Origin: Balanoglossus misakiensis
Taxonomy: Eukaryota; Animalia; Hemichordata
Reading direction: 5' to 3'
Assembly (NCBI GenBank): GCA_040954595.2
Contig: CM082598.2
Span: 4,283,837 to 4,347,836, forward strand
Length of the DNA: 64,000 nucleotides
Positions 53,005-64,000 of this stretch are shown piece after piece; the first letter of the stretch is position 1, and every line of letters starts with the position of its first letter. A model generated the notes under the pieces. That model saw only the letters and a program-made list of their open reading frames with translations. It made no database searches and was not told the origin of the DNA. Made by a program: the position numbers and the translations under genes.

Positions 53005-53247
53005 ACTTCCTAAACAAAATCAGTTCTCACAACAACAGCAACAGACTTGCCATTCTCAGGAATTAAGGAACACTTGCAGATAAAGATGGCATTACCAACG
53101 AACCAGTCCTAAGCTACAAAACACAACCACAGCATGTAGCTTGGCCAGTGGCTTCAGTGAGTATAGGTGGACACAGGGACCACAATAGCCATAGGACATG
53201 TTTATCAAGAAGCAGATGAATCTGCTCAGAACACTGAAATTGGATGC

Positions 53248-53823
53248 TTAACCCTTTCTAGCCTTGTTCCGTTTATAGATTGTAGCAGTTACATTACAGT
53301 GTAATACAAAGTAACAACCACATTGGCTGCAATGATGTACATTGTAGCAGTTACACTGCAGTGTAATACAAAGTAGCAAGCACATTGTTTGCAATGATGT
53401 ACATTGTAGCAGTTACACTACAGTGTAATACAAAGTAACAACCACATTGGCTGCAATGATGTACATTGTAGCAGTTACACTACAGTGTAATACAAAGTAA
53501 CAACTACATTGTTTGCAATGATGTACATTGTAGCAGTTACACTACAGTGTAATACAAAGTAACAACTACATTGTTTGCAATGGTGTACATTGTAGCAGGT
53601 ACACTACAGTGTAATACAAAGTAACAACCGCATTGTTTGCAATGATGTACATTGTAGCAGTTACACTACAGTGTAATACAAAGTAACAACCACATTGTTT
53701 GCAATGATGTACATTGTAGCAGTTACTCTACAGTGTAATACAAAGTAACAACCACATTGTTTGCTATGATGTACATTGTAGCAGTTACACTTGGAATCTA
53801 CTTCAACTTGAATACAGGGTTAA
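53248..53823. mobile_element. piggyBac-like non-autonomous element carrying an internal 62-bp tandem array (8+ units)
   Basis: TTAA-CCCT at 53248 and AGGG-TTAA at 53816-53823 bracket units tgtagcagttacactacagtgtaatacaaagtaacaaccacattgtttgcaatgatgtacat starting at 53281, 53343 ... 53777. Confidence 0.75.
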
Positions 53824-54514
53824 GTCAGATATCGGCATTATGTACGAGTTATCATTGTTTCAAATTCAGAGTGTGGACAAACTCTATAATTCCCTGGTAT
53901 ATTTATATTTACTGTGTGTATATTTTTGTGTAGTTTTCAGGTTTTATTTTTCTGTAGACTGAATCATAAATGATATTGTGATTTGATACAACTCGACAAT
54001 TCGAAATTGCCAAAAATTTAGTCAATATTTACAATAAAAGTTATTTTTTTAGAAATTAACTTATTTATGGTCAGTGGTGAATTCAAAATTCCACAGACAT
54101 TGTCATGGTTAGCAGTATTTAACTGAACAAAATCATACAGGGTACAAAAAAACTAGTGACTTGTGAAAATGTTTAACATGTCACTTATGTCATGTTCAAA
54201 AGCTTGTTTTTAATGTGAAACATTAATTGAACTAGTGTGGGAAAGTTGTATGAGAAGTGAATGTGTAAAAGATTCAAGCAGTATCTGTCTTTTTTTAGCA
54301 GAAATTCATAAATTTGTCATTGTTAAAATTAAAAAAACTTTAAGTAAATAGTACTTGTACATGTAATACTCTGCCGAGATTGTTTCCAATTATTTTATCT
54401 TTAATTTTCCCAAAAAAGGTCTTATCATTTGGTGGAAAGTATACAACTCAAAATCACCCATTTATAAAGTAACTGTTGAAGCCTTCTGTTTTGAATTCCG
54501 CCAATCTGTTTAAT

Positions 54515-54612
54515 TGATTTGAATTACTTAAGTTTAATTTACAATTTGATTTGAATTACTTTAGTTTAATTTACAATTTGATTTGAATTACTTTAGTTTA
54601 ATTTACAATTTA
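54515..54612. repeat. 31-bp tandem repeat, ~3 copies
   Basis: tttgaattactttagtttaatttacaatttga repeated. Confidence 0.85.
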
Positions 54613-57329
54613 AATTTTGATACATATTGTGACCTACCCACCGACATATTGTGGGTTTACAGATCATCACATTTGTTAGAAATTTATGCACAGATTTTAT
54701 TTTGAGTTCATGAACTGTTGTAACCACAGCCAATTGGTGCTGAGATAGTGCACAGGGAAGCCCTCTCACATATGCATGAGAGAAAAGGTTTGACGATAAT
54801 TTTATGTGGGAAAGAAATTTATGCAACCAGTGTATCTAAGAATGAATGTTTATGTGTGTTGAGTAATCAAGTATTATTTCTGGTGAGGGTGTTTGGTGTA
54901 GTGCTGCTAAAAAAGAAATGTAAAAATCGCTTGTAAATACTGAATTTTGCACAAGCATAATTTTGACATGGTGGACATGATTTTACAAGAATGTAATAGT
55001 GGTCTTCCACTCGCAAATCACTTTTTTCAGATTTTTACAGACAATAAATGTATTTTCTACATATCAGTTGTTTTAAAAGAGTGATTCTGTTCTTGTCAGG
55101 CTTAATCCTTACACCAGCTCAGGTCTGGCTGGCAAAGCCGTCTTAAATCTTAAACGTTTCACACATAATAACTCATGCCAGTATTTGACCTGGTCATTTC
55201 AGAAACGTCTTGATGGATAATGGTGTCTATGTGAGCCCTATATACTTTTGATAACTTCAAATCCCAAACAGACTAACTAACAATAACATATTATCAACAC
55301 CTGACAGATAACATCTGGTGCCTGCAACTCGATTGTTGACAAAACTGGATGTGCACAACAAATGATGAGTAATTAACAGACTTCAATTTAAACATTACTA
55401 TATTTGGATGTGTCATACTGTCTAGCCGCTAACTAAATGGTCATGAAAATCTATCAACCAGTTCGACAAATAAATTGTCATGTTGTCAAACAGATGCAAG
55501 ATTGCCGTAGCACCTGGGTGTAATCCCCTTTTCTATGTGACAGCTGTTAGTTATTTTCAGAAAAAATTACACCAGGTTTTAAGACAAGTATGAATACAAA
55601 ATATAAGTGCAGGTGTTCAGCTGTTGAGGTAGATATACACCCCTGGGACATGTGTGAGAAAAGAAAAAACTGCTCATCAATCTCTGAATAATCTGTATTA
55701 AACTGCTGAATAAGCAGTTGTTCTTTGTGACAGCCTTTTCATTTCTTGCCATTCTCATTTAGAAACATATTTATCAACTGAGCTTAGAACCACAGGTTTT
55801 CATATCAAGTATAGACAGTCACATAATGTTATGATCTATAAGGAGACTTTCTTTATATTTCACGAGTCACCTCCAATGAACCCAATTGTCTCATGCTTGT
55901 CTATACAACGAACCAAGCCACAACATGCATTTATTCAATCATCCAAACATAGCCATCACTCATGGAGACACGTTGGGTTTACTGTCAAAGAAGTCATTAG
56001 CTAGAGTCGTAAACAAGTTGTAATTATAGCACCACGGAGCAAGTGTTCCTGAGATTTGTCGTTAGAAATCGAACGTGGGGGAGTGATGTATCCATTTTTG
56101 TTGAATTAAAGAAGTTTAACACTATACGTGATTGATCTCTCTCCATTTGTGTTGTATCATGTGTATCCTGTTACGTAAATGTACAAGATTTTGGACAGAA
56201 TCACAAAGGCTTGTTTTTGTAAATAAATATTTTTTGTTTCACTTTTCATTTTCACCATGTCTTACAGCACAAGACAACACAGAACAAGACAAGACAAGAC
56301 AAGACAAGACAACACAACAAAACATAACATAGTGGTGTTTAAACAGGAATATGTTTGAATATTCAATGGTTAAGAAAGGCCTGGGACGTTATGGCATAAA
56401 CTTACATAAATGTAACCAACTAAAAATCGTTTACTTTGTTAGTTCGAGAGAGAAAGAGTTTGATCCAAAACTATATGGATGCGTTTCCCAAATCCAGCAC
56501 AGCATAACGATGTTTAGATAGTTCAATAACAATTTAGATTCCATAAAACCTATAGCCTAAGAACGCCTGCGTCTTAAAATTGCAAATACCCGAAGCTGGA
56601 AATAAATGGCGATAAAGTTCAAGTTTCAAATGCACTTCGAGAAGCATTCTCCGTTTTTGCATACACTTGGATGGATATACATCGTCTGTAATACCCTACA
56701 CATCACACGGGATCTACATGGTATATGTATTAAACATCTATAAATAAGCCCAACAGAAGTGGCGCTTGGCTACAGGTATTTTGCATACAAGCTGGCGCTT
56801 ATATACAGATTGATGGCAATTACAGTGTATCGCCAGTGAAGTCAGCTCGGGACGCGTGAAAGGGAAGATCGGATGCAAGTAAGTCCCACATTTTTAGAAT
56901 TAGCAGTGGTGTGCATCATGCTCGAGTTGAGTTTCTTTAAGAATTGTGGAATGCAAAACTATGACATTTTGAAGGAATGTCGACGTTTCTAAATCCTATT
57001 CAAAGACAAATAGCCATTCGTCGTCAAATTTGTTTGAATGTTGGCGACATGGCTGTGGTGTAATACCTTGGCACCAGTTGCACTCTGACGTACAGTCGAC
57101 GTATTCATGTAGAAGAAAGACCATCTGAACCTGCAGGGGTCGACTTCACTGCACCTAGTTTAACAGCAACAAAGTCGATAAATCTACCTTACCCCTTAAA
57201 ATTATTCAAAGGGATTATTGAGAATGTTTTAAAGACTAAAATTCTCTATTTCCGTTGCAGGTGCCTTTTACCCTTGTCATCTTCAGGAAACAACGTGTGA
57301 TTTGACCACATAAGAGAACTATCAAAGCA

Positions 57330-60671
<3,342 letters not shown>

Positions 60672-61108
60672 GATAGAATATTGTGATTCGGTTGTCTTTA
60701 TTTCTTATATTCGTTTGAGAATATTAACTTAGTCATCGCCTGTCTGTACTTTGCAGTGGCAGCAATCTTTCCGACTGCTTAACAGTGCATACTCTATCAT
60801 CACAGAAAGATACTCTTCAGTCTGTATGTGGAATTAAGAATAAATGTCTCTCCTGACAAGATATTAAACATCCCAGTTTTGCCTGAATTATCAAACCAGA
60901 CACGAAGAACGGCCAACGACAACTTAACTTCAACACGAACAACACCACACAATACATCTTTCCTGAACAAACACCCATGATCTAATGATTCAATTCTATA
61001 TCCTTTCATTGAAAAACATTTGACATTTGAGGGTAATGTGCACATGGGAGAAACCTATGAATTTTTTTCAAAATTGTCAGACTGTGAGACGTGACGAGCT
61101 GAAATTCA

Positions 61109-61766
61109 TTACTCTCGGCCCGAAGTCGACTCGCTGGAATCTGATGATTCGCCGCCATCGTTCACGTAATCGCCGCCATCTTGTGTTCCATCGTCGCTGA
61201 CTTCCGTCGCGTCACTGCGCGCGTCTGCTACGTCATTGCTGACCTCTGCCGCGTCTCTGTCATCTCGGTCAGATTTTACAAGCAGTGGCTCGAGTTCCTC
61301 GTCCTCGCTTGAATCCCTTTTAGTAAACAATGAACGAGACAAAGAAATTTTGATATTCGTTTCCAAGTTCCAAGCAAAGGTTGTAGGAGGATGCAAGGTA
61401 AAATAAGGAGAATAACGTAGGGTTGAAGAAGAGTGCTGAATTGGCCACCTTTTCGGTATCCATGGTGACTGTGGCTATATTTATACATGAGGTTTTGTAT
61501 CTTTTGTACGACATACCTCTCTTCGCTGAAATCTGAGAAGTCACCATAGTCAACAGGCTTCATACACAACGTGCAGATATTATTGAGATCGGCAAAACAT
61601 TCCAAGCAATACACACCTGAAATAATGTAAAAAAAATACTTCTAAGAGAATCAACATAGCAGGCATGCTGGTGAGCTCAACAAATGGTCAACATCGATTC
61701 AGTGTATACTAGTCAAAGGCTATGGTCGTTTTTAAGTGAATTCTGGTGGATGGGTGTTACCCTGAG

Positions 61767-61802
<36 letters not shown>

Positions 61803-63692
61803 GACCACCAACATCAAAACCAAAACCAACACAACCACCATCATGCTGAGATAGACACGGATAATCAAAGCTTTACCTTGGCAACCAGGAAAGACGCAGT
61901 GCTTGAAGTTTTCTGTGTCACTGGTATCGCCCGATTGAGAGCAACCGAGACAGTATTTTTTCTTCACGCCACACATCTGGAGAACCTTTTCAAACAAGGG
62001 ACACCTAGAGGGATGACAACAAAAGACTAAATGAACCATGGTTCCAAATCAAAGCTGAAAATTCAGTTTTAAGAAAGTGCCTCACTTGTTTTGGTTGGTC
62101 TGTGTTGGCCTAAACGAGTGTCAGTTTATGAAATACATGTACAAAATACCCTTGACTCACATCACAGCAAGACGGTCTGTCAAAGTAATTTTGGGGGCTT
62201 GTGGGAGGCTTTTTGAATTTCTTCTGATTTGGCGGCGAAGGTACCTGAGAAACCCCCCACGACGTTTCTGAATGTGGCCATACAACCAGGCAATCCGCTG
62301 TCGCTCTCTCTCCTTGTAGTAGTAGGATGCCACCAACCGGCGGAGGCGGAGACCGTAGGCTTCCGTCAGAACAAGGGACAGACATATTCCATATATGGAA
62401 CCTAAATAAAAATAATGTAATTTGTATTATCGATGGTGATGGTTGTGGTGGTGGTAATAAAGACCTTGGTGTGAACACATCTACCACCATCTGAGATATT
62501 TTTAAATGTATACGTACATTGAAGTTTGTCAACGTCTAGTATGTATGTATGTATGTATGTATGTATGTATGTATGTATGTATGTATGTATGTATGTATGT
62601 ATGTATGTATGTATGTATGTATGTATGTATGTATGTATGTATGTATGTGCCAGAGAGGGCGTACTGCCTCACCTATAGTTCGGTACGCCGCCATGTCTGG
62701 TGGTTCTGGGTTGGGCAGGCACCTTGTTGTATCAATACTGAAGTTTTTACCGGACATTGGATCAAAGCTAGTGATGACCTCCCTGTACAGGTCAGCAAGA
62801 AGTCCTTCACCTTCAACTTGCATATTTACTTGGTGGGGATCTGAAAGTTCAATGGTCGAAGTTCACAAAGGGTGTAACACCTTTAATTTACATATGCCTG
62901 TATATGGCTAAAATGTGATGTCATACCAAAAAGGAACCTGGGGTCATGAAGGAGGCCAATTAAACACGCGAACGAGAAACAAAAGTTTGAACCACGACGG
63001 TTCCTGAACACGACTTACTCTGTGACTGAGTATTGACCGCCGCATTCAAACGAATCATGTGCAATAACCAGTGCGCACCATAGTCAGCAGAAATGATTAG
63101 CGCCACCCAGAGGCACTGTGAACACCACAGCAAGAGTCCAGTCAACATGTTGATCTTTTCCATCTTGGCCAGTTTCATGGACGCTAATAATACAATGGAT
63201 AAAGATATCACTGCACAACCTATAATTAACTTCAAAATCACACCACCAGCTCGGTATGGAGATCGCTTGTCTGGACCAAGTCTTATAACATCAGCTTGCG
63301 ATAGATTTAACTAAAGAGCGTATGGTGGCGCTCTTTTTTCGCGTGTGCCACCCTGAAAATCTGTGATTGGCTAGATCTCATTTTTGCCATGGTAACTATA
63401 GCTAACTATCCATAAGTGACCGTATACCTTTAAGAATGATGACATAGAACACACACACAATACACAGCGCTATCAGACAGTGTGTTTTGAACAATTTCGG
63501 GAAATTGACAAATTATATGACTGGGTGAACCTACACGGCTTTATGTAATTGCTCTTTTCGCTTCGACGCAGCGGCAACAACGCCTCCTTGTTCATTGATC
63601 TGCGTCTGTCATCCATCTCAACAAACAATGACGTCACGTAACAATTATCGAACTTGTCCTTGATCAGATAACTCCGCCGGTAAAAATACGCT
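61109..63692 (-). CDS. DCST2: DC-STAMP domain-containing protein, DCST2/SPE-42-like; 3' exons only, 5' part beyond window end
   Basis: Exons 63692-63535 (YLIKDKFDNCYVTSLFVEMDDRRRSMNKEALLPLRRSE), 63183-63019, 62840-62673 (VEGEGLLADLYR...CLPNPEPP), 62401-62161 (EAYGLRLRRLVASYYYKERERQRIAWLY), 62004-61877 (CLGC...CVFPGCQG), 61616-61517 (YCLECFADLNNICTLC), 61316-61109 (DSSEDEE, acidic tail). C4C4 RING-like C-terminus resembles DCST2. Confidence 0.88.
61768..61845. repeat. (CAT)n trinucleotide repeat
   Basis: Intronic atcatcatc run. Confidence 0.9.
62539..62648. repeat. (TATG)n microsatellite
   Basis: Perfect run ending ~22 bp from a DCST2 donor site. Confidence 0.95.
63311..63433. mobile_element. 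Partial copy of the element at 1985-2177
   Basis: tggcgctcttttttcgcgtgtgccacc...ccatggtaactatagcta...gtgaccgtatacctttaa. Confidence 0.75.
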
Positions 63693-64000
63693 CTGTGGAA
63701 CAGTAAAAGATGTTGAAATACAGTTTAGATACAGAGAGAAGTCTAAACTATCTTTAGCTATTTCCAATTTTCTCATAGGGTGGGAGACTGTCCAGGGGGT
63801 TACACACCTATCATATGATCTTGTATTAATACTTTGTCTACAAATCGACTGTTTAGTAGCCTGTTTGGTTTTCTCAACTATTTTGAACTTTAAAATGTTA
63901 CATTTTGTTTATCAAGGACTGACATTAAAACTAATCAACTCACTTAAGAAACAGCCAGATTAGCGTCAGGGCTAAACCCCTGCTTGCCCACGCTAACACC

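Noticed and set aside
52601-53083. Poly-V antisense and poly-N alternative-frame ORFs
   Set aside because: Alternative readings of the CAA-rich TMTC3 tail.
53279-53790. 62-bp array as a CRISPR array or RNA gene cluster
   Set aside because: Head-to-tail near-identical units with no spacers and no recognisable tRNA/snRNA structure.
61746-62030. Poly-His ORF on the + strand
   Set aside because: (CAT)n repeat in a DCST2 intron plus antisense of a DCST2 exon.

Overview
AT-rich, intron-rich animal genomic DNA, probably a marine invertebrate deuterostome such as a hemichordate or echinoderm (inferred from gene content, not proven). I reconstructed nine spliced protein-coding genes by hand from GT/GC-AG junctions and reading frame. 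(1) A >1,600-aa minus-strand protein with a 2.9-kb repeat-rich exon and at least nine U1/matrin-type C2H2 zinc fingers; it runs off the left edge. (2) TSG101 (-), head-to-head with (3) RAB21 (+). (4, 5) An inverted, tail-to-tail pair of ~510-aa polycystin-1/REJ-like genes (signal peptide, CUB, GAIN/GPS). (6, 8) Two EGF + F-type lectin paralogues flanking (7) TMTC3 (+). (9) The 3' part of DCST2/SPE-42-like (-). Introns carry many MITE-like elements (TA- and TTAA-flanked), one solo LTR, minisatellites and microsatellites. The most striking candidate system is the CUB-GAIN pair: both copies are in frame and stop 14-15 residues after the GPS cleavage site, with no transmembrane region. Second is the zinc-finger gene, in which every finger is split by a phase-0 intron at almost the same position. 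All gene models are manual and unverified by transcripts.
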